A DNA stretch of 64,000 bases from Macrostomum lignano (taxonomy: Eukaryota): the NCBI GenBank assembly GCA_002269645.1, contig NIVC01000390.1:372001-436000 (forward strand). Reading direction: 5' to 3'. This document shows positions 12,755 to 26,119 of this stretch, piece after piece. The translations under genes were made by a program, and so were the position numbers. The notes beneath the pieces were generated by a model. It saw nothing but the letters and a program-made list of their open reading frames with translations. It was not told the origin of the DNA and did no database searches. Position 1 is the first letter of the stretch; every line of letters starts with the position of its first letter.

Positions 12755-13021
12755 CATACATGCGCAACCCCCTGATTTACATTGGCCATGCAACTTACTT
12801 TTTGACCAAAAATGCACCTTTTTCTACCTGTGAAAGAAACACTAATGCAATTTTGGGTAAACGGCAAGAGTAACTATGACTGTCCTATAAGGGCTAAATG
12901 CCTCATCATCTAATTAGACTATGTCTGTTCTTTAGGCTGGGCATTTTTGCGACTTACCCCTGGTCTACCACAATTTACGGTGGCCAGATCAGCCAGGTCA
13001 GCCAGCAGTTGCGCATGTATG
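12755..13021. mobile_element. hAT-type MITE, CATACATGCGCAAC family
   Basis: 14-bp perfect TIR CATACATGCGCAAC/GTTGCGCATGTATG. 8-bp TSD ATACAAGA (12747-12754, 13022-13029). Confidence 0.9.
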
Positions 13022-16000
13022 ATACAAGAATTTTCCTTTAAAAACATCATCTTTGGGAGTATAGACTATAACTAGTGTTGGGCACTTCCATTACTGAATA
13101 ACTTGCAAATGGTAATGCAAGTTACTTTTTTGTAAAGTGTTCCTTATACAAGTTACTTTCCTATTTTGATAATAGAATAACAGTAGGCCTAAGTTACTTG
13201 AATTTCAGAAGTCTATTATAGCTACTTTGCAACAATCACAATATTTAAATTTAAAACTGATATACTTAGCTATTACGCCAGTTGTCACATTTTTTAGCAT
13301 TTGTCATTCCTAAATTAAAAATTAAGTGAATAGTATCATATGGTATTGCGCTGTAGTTAATGAAGAAATACTTGAAACATGTTTTTACTTTGTTAGTTTC
13401 AGTAAAATATCTTCGCTTTTAATTTTTTATATTTTCTTTAGTTCTTAGAAACAAACAACCAAAGAAAGAAATTCATCTGTAGCTTCCACAAGTCCACTGG
13501 CACTACACTGCACTGCACTGCACATAATGTTATTATTGTTATTAAAAAATTAAAAATGCATTGTTTCTGACCTTTAGCTTTTTTTCTTTATAGAAATGGC
13601 CAAAAGTGGTTAAAATTTAATACAGTTATTAAAATAACTTCCTAGCTTTTGCAGTCATTTGTGCTGTTCCTAAGCATCTCAATGTGAAAAAAGCAAAGAA
13701 TTTTGTTAATAACATAGGTAATGGAAGTAACAGACAGATAGAAGGGCTTTGTGGGTAGAGTTTGCTTACCCTGCTCTAGAGTTTAAGAAATCAATTGGAA
13801 ACTATTGGCACTGATTGCTGATGATAATGCCTATGGTTGAAAGATTATATTTTATATTTTATAAGTAGGTTTGCTCTTTTTCTGCTATACTTGCATTCAA
13901 TCTACATTTGAAAGCATTCAAATTTTAAAGTGGCTTCAAGTAAACTTTCTTTTAGTGTTGAAATTTCCATTTTGTGCAATTAAGCCAGTATTACTTTTTC
14001 ATGGATTTTCAATTTTATAAACCATAACAGTTTTATTAATTGCTATCTTGCTTATCATCTACTATTAAACTGTTAAACTATTAGGCCTATAATAGAATTG
14101 TTCTAGTTAGGCAGCTAGAATTTTCGGATGCAAAGTTTTATTAGGACACAAATAAATGTCAAAGTTAAATTCCAAAACACTGTATATTGCCTATATATAT
14201 TGGTCTACCCCTCTCTGTTTGAGGAAATGAATGAGTGAAAATGGCCCAATACCAGAAAAAACAGATAATCTTCATATGTTTATAGTTTCTATTCTGATTG
14301 AGTTCTAGAGTTGAGACTACATTTAGACAGACAATAAGTCAATAAAGTATTGTTTCAAGTTTGAAGTTAATCACTTCATATAGAACAAACTTATGGCAAC
14401 CAAAATTTAGTCAATTTTAAAGCCTCCTTTTTCCACATCTCACCAGATAAAAGAAAGATAGAGAGGCAGAGGTTAGGGTATTGATATCCTGACAAAAAGC
14501 AAATTAACTTTTAAGTATAAAGTGCTAGTAGATAGGTCTTCACAATTAATAGATGTCTTGGACTCAATGACAACACATTCAGTTTTGGAAGTAGCAAATC
14601 TATCTGAGTGATTTTTGTTTTTTGTTGTAACAATTTCATTAGCTGAGATAATATTGACAAACCACTATATTTGCTACAATAATTGGCAGCAGTTTGATAT
14701 ATATCCTCACACACATAGCCAGCCAAATTGAGTTGCAGATTTTTGTATGCAATCATTGCTTTTGCTATGCAGAGCATAAGGGTTGTAATCTTCATTTGCA
14801 AATGTCAATGGGCCAGACAAAGTAGGTGCAATATTTGGCTAATGAATAGAAAATGTTGTTGCACCATCTGCTGTATCAAAAAACATCAGCCTCAACTAAG
14901 AATATTAGACCAATATAGGAAATGTTGCTGCTAGACAACCCTATAAGAAATGAAGGCAATCAAATAAAAAATCTGCCAGAAAAGTGTATAAATATATATC
15001 AACATGGTTGATCTGTATCAGCATATCTTAAAATCATTAAGAAATAATCTTTTAAATTTTGGGTTAAAGTTAAGCATAATAAGCCAAAAAAGGATTTTTG
15101 AACTTCAACTTACTTATTTGGTTCCTAGCCAAGTCTTTCTATGCCTGGCCATAGAAACTCGTGCATTGGCATATTTTGCTAGTGTAGTGCAGGTCTCATA
15201 ATTGAAATATATATATTTGACCATCTGAAAGATGCTATTGTCAAAGTGAATGTCTACCCTTCTATCTATAGGCTTTAAGCCCATTTTTGGCCTCATTAAA
15301 TAGATTAACTAACCTCTAGATCTAGGAGATTATTTTATGACAATCTAATCTACCTTTTTGCGCCTGCCTCCCCTATCCTCTGCCACATGCTGTGGTTTTT
15401 GCTAGGAATCTACACTAATAAGTCAGTCTGTGGACATAATTGCTTAGGTCTTATAAATGGCTTGTTTAATACTTCTGAATATATACACATTATACACATT
15501 TTCCTTTATTGATCAGACTCAGGCAGATAAAATTGCTTTTCATAGAAGACTATACACTAGTTAGTTTAAGGGTCAACTAATTGACTATACTTTGCAGTGA
15601 TATGCAAACATGCACTAGTAGACATGAAGTAAGTTGAAGTTATCTTAAGTTTAATAGTTCCTCAGTTCTAGTATATCTCAACATCAAATGAGAATTCTAT
15701 GGTATACTATGCTAACATAATATAGAGTACAATATTTGTACCAAATTTGCTAACCAAAGCTTGGTAGCAAGAATTTTGCTAATGAGGATTTTGCTAGCCA
15801 AAATCTTCTAGCAGGAATTTTGCTAGCCAAACTTGCTGCCTTAACTTGCTTTCTTATCTATTGTGTTTTGCATATCAACAAATGAGTCAGGCACTTTGAT
15901 TTGTACAAGTCTAACTATAGCTTTTACTGCCACTCTCAGCTATTTAGCATTTAATATATATATTAAATTTAATGTTAAAACTTAATTATCTGCCCTTTGC

Positions 16001-17371
16001 AATAAAACATAATCAATGTCAGAGTTTATCTATATGTAAAAAATCCTTGCTAGCAACATTACTGCTAGCAGATTTTGTCAAGCAAATTTCTTGCTTGCAA
16101 ACTTTGGCTAGCAGATTTTTTGCTAGCAAACTTCATAGACCCAATATAATAATAGCTGGCCAAACCCAGGGCCAATTAGAAATATAAAGCCTTAGAAATA
16201 ATGTTTGCCTTTAATAACTATATAATTAAGCAATCAATGCTCAAGAAATGTAAAAAATATCTTTGGCTTTTATTTCTTGCCTCCTTTATAACTATAAGCA
16301 CTTCATAAAACTGCCAGATTTCTATTGGGAAATTACCTTTATTGGAAGTGCCCATTAATGGCCTCTAGTCACTAACTTGAGTCAGTCAATACCAATTTGC
16401 CTATAGACAAATAGATCAATGAAACTAATGAAAATGAGACTTTCATTTTAAATGGCTTAGGTGTAACCTCCATCTGCCATGCTTGTTCATATACAAGCAA
16501 AACTAAGGGATAAGGGATAGCACTTTCTATGCAAAAAAAGTATTATAAATCTATATTAAATTGTTTCTTATATACAAAATTTGGTAAACACTAAACATGT
16601 TGTCAAATGTCATTGAATCCTTTAAGCATTAATTGGTAGCTTTCTGGCCTTATAGACAACCTTTCCCTATTATTTGTAGTAAAATTTCCCTGATATTGTA
16701 AGAAATATTGTAAAAGAACAAGAAGTCCAATTGAGACCCAATAGTTATATTGGAAAAAGAATGATTTTGCATTATTTTTGAAGTTCTTAATATACTGCAA
16801 ATCATTAAATTTCTTGTGTTTGAATAAAAATATGAAAAAAAGCCTCGATTTTTGAAAGGAGAATTGAAAGACAGTTCTGGTATTTTTTATTCATTTTTGG
16901 TATGTTTGGACACACTTGTTCTAATAGCATGGGTCACTTTATATACACTTGTCTCAATAAATGCCTCCTACACATTTATACATGCACACAGATAATTTTT
17001 ATTTTCATAGGTAAAGATTACTTCTTTGATTTTATAGAAATTAAGATTACTTCTTTGATTTTATAGAAATTAAGATTAATATCTTTATAGGGGTTATTGT
17101 TGCTTAAGTAAAATTCATATGTTTGATTGCTTTGTGGTTAATGAAAATGGATAAGAAGCTAAGAATGAATAATGAAGTCAATTTTTAATATATTTTATAT
17201 TTCAAAGTGCATTGTCAGCATACATGCGCAACAGTCGGCCAAGTTGGCTGATCTGGCTGACCAAATTGGCCAGCCAATTCGTAGTACAAATTTAAATTTG
17301 TCATTAGAAGACTATGACTAAATTGCTATTCAAGTGGTGGTAGCCCCTAAATGGTTATTCAAAGGGTTCAA

Positions 17372-17680
17372 GGGGTTGTAGCTTAGTGGTTAGTTTTGGA
17401 CTTATGACTTAAAGGTTGGGGGTTCGATTCCTGATCCCAGTAGAACAATGTGTCCTTAAGCAAGACACTTAACTCTGCATTGCTTCAGTTCACCCAGCTA
17501 TAAAATGGGTGCCAGTATTAGCTGGGGTAATTGAGAGTTGGGTGTGGCGACCCCACAGTACTTGGACTGAACAGTCGTACGCAGCCTTCAGATGCGCCGC
17601 GCAATAGCTGCGGCTGAGCTATCGGTTGCACATCTGGCCCAGTTAGGGCAGGTGTAATCAGTTATTATTATTATTATATT
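17372..17680 (+). mobile_element. tRNA-derived SINE (family A) with CORE-like central domain
   Basis: A box TAGCTTAGTGG and B box GGTTCGATTCC. Central TGTGTCCTTAAGCAAGACACTTAAC..CAGTTCACCCAGCTATAAAATGGG resembles the MIR/CORE domain. (TTA)n tail. A second copy lies at 19914-20216. Confidence 0.8.
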
Positions 17681-17905
17681 ATTTCTATTCACAGCAAAGT
17701 ATTCAAAATACTATTTGTTGCCTCCCCAATGGAGGGCGAAGATTGCTAGTCAATTTCCTAATTGTCTTGTTTATTTTGAATGCATATATACGTCGTAAGA
17801 GATCGGCTTGTTGTTTTCTATTAATTAAAATCACAATGCTATGGTTAATGAGCCAATAGTGCATTGATTCTCACAGTTAAATCTATCAGAGCCAGCCAAA
17901 GGCAA

Positions 17906-20900
17906 ATGGAGCCGCCTACAGCCACCAAGTCCAAGGCTGAACGAACCAGAAATGTGTGCATCTTGGCCCACGTTGACCACGGCAAGACCACCCTGGCTGA
18001 CTGTTTAATAGCTACAAACGGCATCATTCCTAGTCGCTCAGTTGCCCGCCTGCGCTACATGGACAGCTTAGAACAGGAGCAGGAGCGCGGCATCACTATG
18101 AAAAGCTCCATAATATCTTTGCTATACAATCGCAAAGAATGTTCCGAACAGTACGTTGTTAACCTGATTGATAGTCCCGGTCATATCGACTTCTCCTCGG
18201 AGGTGGGTAAGGGGTTGCTTTTGCTTGTTTTTTGCTGTTTTTAGCTCCGAGCATCTGTAGAAAAGCGCCACGAAGTCAAGAATATTTCTGGCTTAAGTCC
18301 CTTGCATGTATCCAACCCCTGCTCTATAAATATGCGCCTTTCAGCCCCTTACAGATATGCACTATTATGCATCCTAATAATCTAATAGATTTCCACCTAA
18401 AGCTGTTCAAATAACTACCCTAACCCATTGTTGATATCCGCTCCTAATCCTCGTGGATACCCGCGCCTAATCATCATAGATATCCGCCCTTAATCATCAT
18501 ACATGTAGATATCCGCCCCTGATCCCCATAGATACCCGCCCCTAATCATAATAGATATCCGCCCCTAATCTTCATAGATATCCGCCCCTAATCCCCATAG
18601 ATACCCGCCCCTAATCATCATAGATATCCGCCCCTAATCCTCATAGATACCCACTCCCAATCATAGATATCCGCCCCTAATCCTCATAGATACCCGCTCC
18701 CAATCATAGATATCCGCCCCTAATCCTCGTCGATATCCGCATCTAATCCTCATAGATATCCGCCCTAATCCTCATAGATATCTACTACTAATCCTCATAG
18801 ATATCCACCCTAATCCTCATAGATATCTACTACTAATCCTCATAGATATCCACCCTAATCCTCGTCGATATCCACCCCTAACCCCTTCGCACCAATTAAA
18901 TTCACCTTAAATGGGCCTTGTGATCCACCTTGATGCTCCAATACTCCACCCAGGTGTCAGCCGCGGTCCGCCTCAGCGATGGCGCCATCGTAGTTGTGGA
19001 TGCGGTAGAAGGCGTCTCGCCCCAGACTGTAGCCGTGCTACGCCAGGCCTGGCGAGAGAGCGTCACGCCTGTACTATTAATTAACAAAGTCGACAGGCTA
19101 ATATTAGAGCTGCGGCTAAGTCCCACGGATGCCTATCACCACCTGTGGAAGCTAATTGAATCCGTGAACGCTCTGATGGCTGAGCTCTATCGAATGGAAT
19201 TCTTCGAGCGGCAAGAGCAGCAAGAACAGCAGCAGCAGCAGCAACAACAGCAAGAGAAGCCAAAGGAATCGCAGCCTGTCGAAAAAACCACCGACAGCGT
19301 CGCCGAGGTGACACTGAGCAGCGATTGGCTGAGCGGCTTGGAGTCGGCCGAAGACGAGCACGTGTACTTTGCGCCGGCGCGCGGCAATGTTGTATTCGCT
19401 AGCGCCCTCGACGGCTGGGGCTTTCGTCTGGACGATTTCGCTGGATTATTAGCTAAGAGACTGGGCTGCAGCGAACGGATACTTAGCAGGGCTCTGTGGG
19501 GCGACTATTTTTATGCTGCTAAGGAGAAAAAGGTCAGTTTTTTAGTTATGTGCTTGCATACTACTCATATACTACTTTGTTAGTTCTAGCTGAGGACAGT
19601 CAGACCACTGAGGCAGGAAGTTTCTTATTATCAGGCGAGAACTTTAGACGCGATGATTGGCTGCGTTTCTATGGAAATTATTTGGTGTTTAGATTTAGAA
19701 AGCTTTCAGCAATTTTTTTGGCGTGTTTTCGTATACGATTTTTATTAGGCCACAGAGTTACGTCTGTTTAAATGTCGTTCTACCAGGCATCGCGGAAATT
19801 TTGTTTTTGAGAAGTGGACAAGAGTTCCACTACTACAGGTATATTCTCGAGCCTGTGTAGCGCCAATCTAGTGCTGAAGGCGAGGGTTTAGTGCCAATTT
19901 AGTGCCGAAGGAGATAATGATAATAATTGATTACAACTGCCCCAATGGCCAGATGTGCAACCGACAGCTCAGCCGCAGCTATTGCGCGGCGCATCTGAAG
20001 GCTACGTACGGCTGTTCAGTCCAAGGACTGGGGGTCGCCACACACCCTCAATTACCCCAGCTAATGCTGGCACCCATTTTACAGCTGGGTGAACTGAAGC
20101 AATGCAGAGTTATAAGGGTCTTGCTCAAGGACACAAATTGTTTCAGTGGGATCGGGAATCGAACCCCCGACCTTCAAGTCGTGAGTCCGACGCTCTAAAC
20201 ACTATGTTACAACCCCCTGAAGGCGAGGATTTAACGCCAATTTAGTGCTGAAGGCAAAATATTAGCGTCGAAGGCGAGATTTCAGCGGAACTTTACATGC
20301 ATCCCATTATTTTCTGTAATATTAGGTCAGTTCCTTCATAGCAGTTTAGCAATGATTTTAAAGGTTAGGAACCGTGCCCCCCCCCCCCCAAATTAATGTT
20401 TCTGGTGCCTACGTTCTACTAATGCCTTACCTTGTGTTGCTTCTAATTAGCACTAGGCTAGTTAGAGTTTTGGTATAGAATTCATATGGCGTTCTATCCA
20501 ATGAATATAAACTGTCTCATCCAAACAGTCACTCTATGGCACTTGAAGGAAAAGTAGTTTCAGAGCAATACGAGCGTAACATGTTAATAATAAATACTCC
20601 GATTTCTAGGTGTACAGAGGCGCCAGCGTCAAAGGTCGCAAACCGCTATTCGTACAGCTTGTACTAGAGAACCTGTGGACAGTTTACGACACTTTTGTTA
20701 CTAATCGGGATGCCGATAAGATAAGCAAAATGTGCGCCAGTTTAGACATCCGCCTTGGGCCGCGCGATCTTAAATCTGGCGCTGATCCGCACTCGGCACT
20801 GGCCGCTTTTTCCGCCCAATGGCTGCCGGTGGCCCGCGCCGTCCTAGAAGCCGTTGTGGCCAGGTGCCCCTCGCCTCGACAGCTGAGCACTGATAAGGTA

Positions 20901-23900
20901 GGCATTTTTTATTAGACTTGACTAAAATCTTAATAGTGCACATTTGTATGGCCAACAATCCAGTGGCCAAACCAGTCGGATTATATTGAAGGCTAGGCTA
21001 AATGTCTATATTGTATTGCTATTATTTTCATAAGCATAATGTTTTAGTTGCTCTCTATCTACTTCAAGGTCAACCGCCTGCTAACTATCGGCGGCGTTGA
21101 AGGCAGCCCGGAGAGCGCAGGCTTAAGCTGCCTCCGTCAGCATTTTCTCGCCTGCAGCCCTGACGGTCCTCTTGTCGCGTTCGCCTCCAAAATGATGGCC
21201 GTGCCGGCTGGCTGCATTGTTGAACCGGCTCCGGCCGGTCTGACTTCGGCTCCGCCGCCGGAAGCCTCGGCCACATCGGCTGCCGAACTTGAGCAGCGCC
21301 GTCTTGAGGCCCGACGCCAGTGGGAGGCAATGCGGGCCACCAAGGCTGCCGCTGTCGATGCCAACGGCGAAAGTGCCGCCGAAGCTTCCGCTTCCAACAC
21401 GGACAACGATTCTTCGCCGAGCGTCTACGTAGCCTTCTGTCGCATCTATTCGGGCATTGTTCGGCCCGGCGATCGCCTGTTTCTGCTGTCGCCGCGCCAC
21501 CGACCCGACCGGTTGCCGCCGGGCCTGGCCGAATTGACGCCGGACGCGCTGGACGCTGAGAAACGACTGTCCGATTCCGGACTGAGACACGCGAGCGTTT
21601 GCACAATAGGCCGAGTGCTACTAATGCGAGGTCGCGACTTCGAATCGGTGCCCGGCGCCGGCGCCGGCGCCATTGTTGGCGTCGAAGGTCTCGCCGATCG
21701 GGTTATTAAAACGGCAACTTTGAGCGCTACGCTGGCTTGTCCGGCTTTTAGCGACATGGCGTCGGAGGCGGCGCCCATCATCCGGGTGGCAGTCGAGTGC
21801 GTCAATCCGGCCGATCAGAGCCGCCTGCTGGCCGGGCTGCGCCTGCTAGAGCGGCACGATCCCGGAGCCGAGGTGCTGCTGGAAGATACTGGCGAGAATG
21901 TCGTCTGCTCTAGTGGGGAGGTGCACCTGGCTAAGTGTTTAAGCGACCTACGGCAGTGCTATGCTAAGGTGAGAATTTGTTTCATTAAAATATTATTGGG
22001 GATTTAGACATGAGTGTCAGGGGTCTAGACCTAGGTGTCAGGGGTCTAGACCTGGGTGTCAGGGGTCTAGACCTAGGTGTCAGGGGTCTAGACCTAGGTG
22101 TCAGGGGTCTAGACCTGGGTGTCAGGGGTTTAGACCTAGGTGTCAGGGGTCTAGACCTGGGTGTCAGGGGTTTAGACCTAGGTGTCAGGGGTCGACCTGG
22201 GTGTCAGGGGTCTAGACCTGGGTGTCAGGGGTTTAGACCTGGGTGTCAGGGGTCTAGACCCGGGTGTCAGGGGTCTAGACCTGGGTGTCAGGGGTCTAGA
22301 CCTGGGTGTCAGGAGTTTAGACCTGGGTGTCAAAGGTCTAGACCTGGGTGTCAGGGGTCTAGACCTGGGTGTCAGGAGTTTAGACCTGGGTGTCAAAGGT
22401 TTAGACCTGGATGTCAGGGGTCTAGACCTGGGTGTCAGGGGTTTAGACCTGGGTGTCAGGGGTTTAGACCTGGGTGTCAGGGGTTTAGACCTGGGTGTCA
22501 ATAGTTTAGACCTGGGTGTCAGGGGTTTAGACCTGGGTGTCAATGGTTTAGACCTGGGTGTCAGGGGTTTAGACCTGGGTGTCAGGGGTTTAGACCTGGG
22601 TGCCAAGTTTTGATCTAGCTGTCAGGATTCCTGTCTGGATGTCAGGGTTGGATCTTGTCATCAATTTTGATTTGGGTGTCAGGAAATCCTAATCGGGAGT
22701 CGGGGGCTGCCAAACACATGGCCTCCAATAAAAATATAATGTTCATGCTTGTGTGGAAGTGTTCTATATTGACGATTCAATTCAATGAAACATTTTACAA
22801 TTGTAGCAAAAAATAGATTTAATAATACTCCATACTCCGCAATTTGCTATCGTCGTCCAGGTGGAATTCACCACCTCTCCTATCGTGGTGCCGTTCCGTG
22901 AGACATTAGCTACGGACGAGGCTTTGGCTGAAGCCGCCGCCGCAGCCGCCGACGATCCCGATGCTGACACAGACGACGCGGACGAAGCGCCGCCGGAAGA
23001 GCTGCTCAGCCAGCTGGACATTGGCGAATCTGGCGGCAAAGACGATCCAGAGGTGCTAGACGCCTGTCGGGGCCTCGTCTGCTGTCGAATGCAGGCTCGC
23101 GACGCCGACCGACATCTGGCGCTGACTGTCCGCGCCGTTCCTCTGTCGGCTGGCGCCATTCGCCTGCTGGAGAACCACGCCGATGCGCTTCGCAGGCGTC
23201 CCACTGCTGCCGGCGCCGCTGACACCGCGCTTCTAGCCCTGCGCGACGGCCTTCGTAGCGAACTCCTAGCCTTAGATTCAGCCGCCACTTCTGATGCTGC
23301 CGCCGCTTCTGTTGAACTTGGCAGACTTGCCGACTGTTCCGTCTTGGCTGCCGGGCCCCGCCGCGATCCCTGCAACCTGCTGCTGCTTGGCCCGTCCGCC
23401 AGACTGCCCGACGGTACCCTGGCCGCGCCATTGCTGCCTACTAATAGTACTAATAGTACTCCTGCATCGGCTGCTTCCTCGCACCTGTGGCAGGCGATAA
23501 TTAACGGCTTCCAATGGACTTGTCAACAAGGTCCGCTTTGTCGAGAGCCTCTACGCGGCGTCGCCTTCGTTCTATTGGACGTTTGCGAAGTTTCAACAGC
23601 TGGAGACGAGCGCTACCCGGAGCTGACGGTGTCAGCCGGTCAGCTGATGAGCCACGCCAGCAAGACGTTCGGCAAAGCGTTCCTGTGCCACGCCAATAGG
23701 CGGCTCATGCTGGCCGCGTTCACCGTTGATGTGCAGTGCCGCAGCGAGGTAATGAATTTACCTATCTAGGGCTGTAGGATGTACTCGTAGGCTTTCAACC
23801 GGCTGATGTAACCACTGATGGATTGGGGGGGGGGGTAGCTAACTATTGATGGATTGGGGGGAGTAGCTAACTATTGATGGATTGGGGGGAGTAGCTAACT

Positions 23901-25494
23901 ATTTATGGATTGGGGGAGTAGCTAACTATTGATGGATTGGGGGGAGTAGCTAACTATTGATGGATTGGGGGGAGTAGCTAACTATTGATGGATTGTGGGG
24001 AGTAGCTAACTATTGATGGATTGGGGGGAGTAGCTAACTATTGATGGATTGGGGGGAGTAGCTAATTATTGATGGATTGGGGGGAGTAGCTAACTATTGA
24101 TGGATTGTGGGGAGTAGCTAACTATTGATGGATTGGGGAGAGTAGCTAACTATTGATGGATTGGGGGGAGTAGCTAACTATTGATGGATTGGGGGAGTAG
24201 CTAACTATTGATGGATTGGGGAGAGTAGCTAACTATTGATGGATTGGGGGGAGTAGCTAACTATTGATGGATTGGGGGGAGTAGCTAACTATTGATGGAT
24301 TGGGGGGAGTAGCTAACTATTGATGGATTGGGGGGAGTAGCTAACTATTGATGGATTGGGGGGAGTAGCTAACTATTGATGGATTGGGGGGTAGCTAATT
24401 ATTGATAGATTGGGGGGGGGGGTAGCTAACTATTGATGGATGGGGGGTAGCTAACTATTGATGGATGGGGGGGAGTAGCTAACTATTGATGGATGGGGGT
24501 AGCTAACTATTGATGGATGATGGGTAGCTAACTTTTGATGGATGGGGGTAGCTAACTATTGATGGATGGGGGTAGCTAACTATTGATGGATGGGGGTAGC
24601 TAACTATTGATGGATGGGGGGTAGCTAACTATTGATGGATGGGGGGTAGCTAACTATTGATGGATGGGGGGTAGCTAACTATTGATGGATGGGGGGTAGC
24701 TAACTATTGATGGATGGGGGTAGCTAACTATTGATGGATGGGGGGGTAGCTAACTATTGATGGATGGGGGTAGCTAACTATTGATGGATGGGGGGTAGCT
24801 AACTATTGATGGATTGGGGGGGGGTAGCTAATTATTGATGGATTGGGGGGGGGTAGCTAACTATTGATGGATGGGGGGTAGCTAACTATTGATGGATGGG
24901 GGGTAGCTAACTATTGATGGATGGGGGTAGCTAACTATTGATGGATGGGGGTAGCTAACTATTGATGGATTGGCGAGGGAGGTAGCTAATCTTGTAGGTC
25001 TTATATATGGTTTTTGGTCAATACGCACAAAAACCACTACATGTAGAGAATTATAAGAATCGAGTGCAAAATTACATTGTAAAACTAGCATAGACTAAAT
25101 TAGCCGCACAATCTCGCGCGAATACCCGCAGGTATTAGGCAAAGTACACGCAGTCCTAGCCAAGCATCAGGGCCGCATTGTGTCGGAGGACCTGCGAGAA
25201 GGCACTAACATGTTTGTACTCCGCGGTCACATGCCAGTTATTGAAAGCTTCGGCCTAGCAGATGAGCTACGCAAACGAACTTCGGGTTTCGCCGGGGCGC
25301 AGCTTCGCTTCAGTCACTGGGCCCTGTGCGACTGGGATCCGCTGATGCTGCCCCGCGAAGACGACGACCTGCGCGACGAACGAATGCGGATTGTCAATTA
25401 TCTGATGGAAGTGAGACGGCGCAAAGGCATGCCAGTTAGGCAGCAGATTGTTCAACACGCTGATAAACAGCGGACTAGAAGCAGGAAGAAGTGA
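17906..25494 (+). CDS. EFL1: Elongation factor-like GTPase 1 (Ria1/EFTUD1), 60S ribosome maturation, ~1104 aa
   Basis: Exons 17906-18202, 18954-19532, 20610-20897, 21069-21968, 22861-23748 and 25132-25494; all introns GT-AG, phase 0. G motifs [24 protein letters not shown]. Also [26 protein letters not shown] and the EFL1-type C-terminus [16 protein letters not shown]. Confidence 0.93.
18430..18880. repeat. ~21-22-bp minisatellite in EFL1 intron 1
   Basis: Unit approx. TAGATATCCGCCCCTAATCCTCA. Confidence 0.9.
19914..20216 (-). mobile_element. tRNA-derived SINE (family A), inverted copy in EFL1 intron 2
   Basis: The reverse complement aligns along its length with 17372-17680. Confidence 0.8.
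22012..22603. repeat. 21-bp minisatellite in EFL1 intron 4
   Basis: Unit GGGGTCTAGACCTGGGTGTCA; it produces the periodic GVRGLDL ORFs. Confidence 0.95.
23815..24972. repeat. ~26-28-bp G-run minisatellite in EFL1 intron 5
   Basis: Unit G(n)AGTAGCTAACTATTGATGGATT with variable G-run length; shifts to G(n)TAGCTAACTATTGATGGAT rightwards. Confidence 0.95.
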
Positions 25495-25557
25495 ACTATT
25501 AATTATAGCCTTCAATATTTGGACTCTTAGCTGAATTCTTATCTATTCTTCGTGGAT

Positions 25558-25919
25558 CATGGATGAAGGAATAGAAAGGATCGCTCATCTGAAAGCGAGT
25601 CTATGGCCAAGATTTCATAAAACTTGGGATTCCCCCCCATGAAGTTCATTGGCTGCTGCAATTTAATAATAGTCCCCCTAAGTTCTTAATGGCTGAAGCT
25701 TCTACTTAGGGGGAAATTCTAATTTCTTTCCCTCAAGACCGTCGTGGCACAGAGGAAGAAAGCAGTTATAGATGTCTAACGTTAATCGTAACTTTGGAAT
25801 TTCCCCCGCGTACAAGCTTCAGCCAGTAAGAGCTTAGGTGGGGGGTATCCCAATTTTTAGGAAGCATTGGCCATAGACTCGCTGTCAGATGAGCGATCTT
25901 TTCTATTCCTTCATCCATG
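25558..25919. mobile_element. hAT-type MITE (CATGGA family)
   Basis: ~53-bp TIR CATGGATGAAGGAATAGAAA(G/A)GATCGCTCATCTGA(A/C)AGCGAGTCTATGGCCAA. Degenerate 8-bp TSD TCGTGGAT/TTGCGGAT. Confidence 0.8.
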
Positions 25920-26119
25920 TTGCGGATGCTTACTGTCATCCAGTTTGTTTAATATCGGAGACAAAAGTACGTTATTGCCATAGATAGTAGTTCAGAATCT
26001 ATGGAAGAAACTAAATCTAAATTTAGCATCTCTAGATTCTAAAAATAGCATTTTTTCTTAGACTCGATACATCTCTTACACAACAGATTTAGAAAGTAGT
26101 GTCATTAACTGCATAAATA

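Noticed and set aside
17372-17445. tRNA genes here and at 42401, 20216 and 32290
   Set aside because: A/B boxes are present but there is no paired acceptor stem or cloverleaf, and each continues into a shared SINE body.
22010-22613. Long periodic ORFs here and at 29503-30446, 44749-46099, 47572-48047, 48590-49018 and 58037-59095
   Set aside because: They are by-products of stop-free tandem repeats, mostly inside introns defined by the flanking conserved exons.
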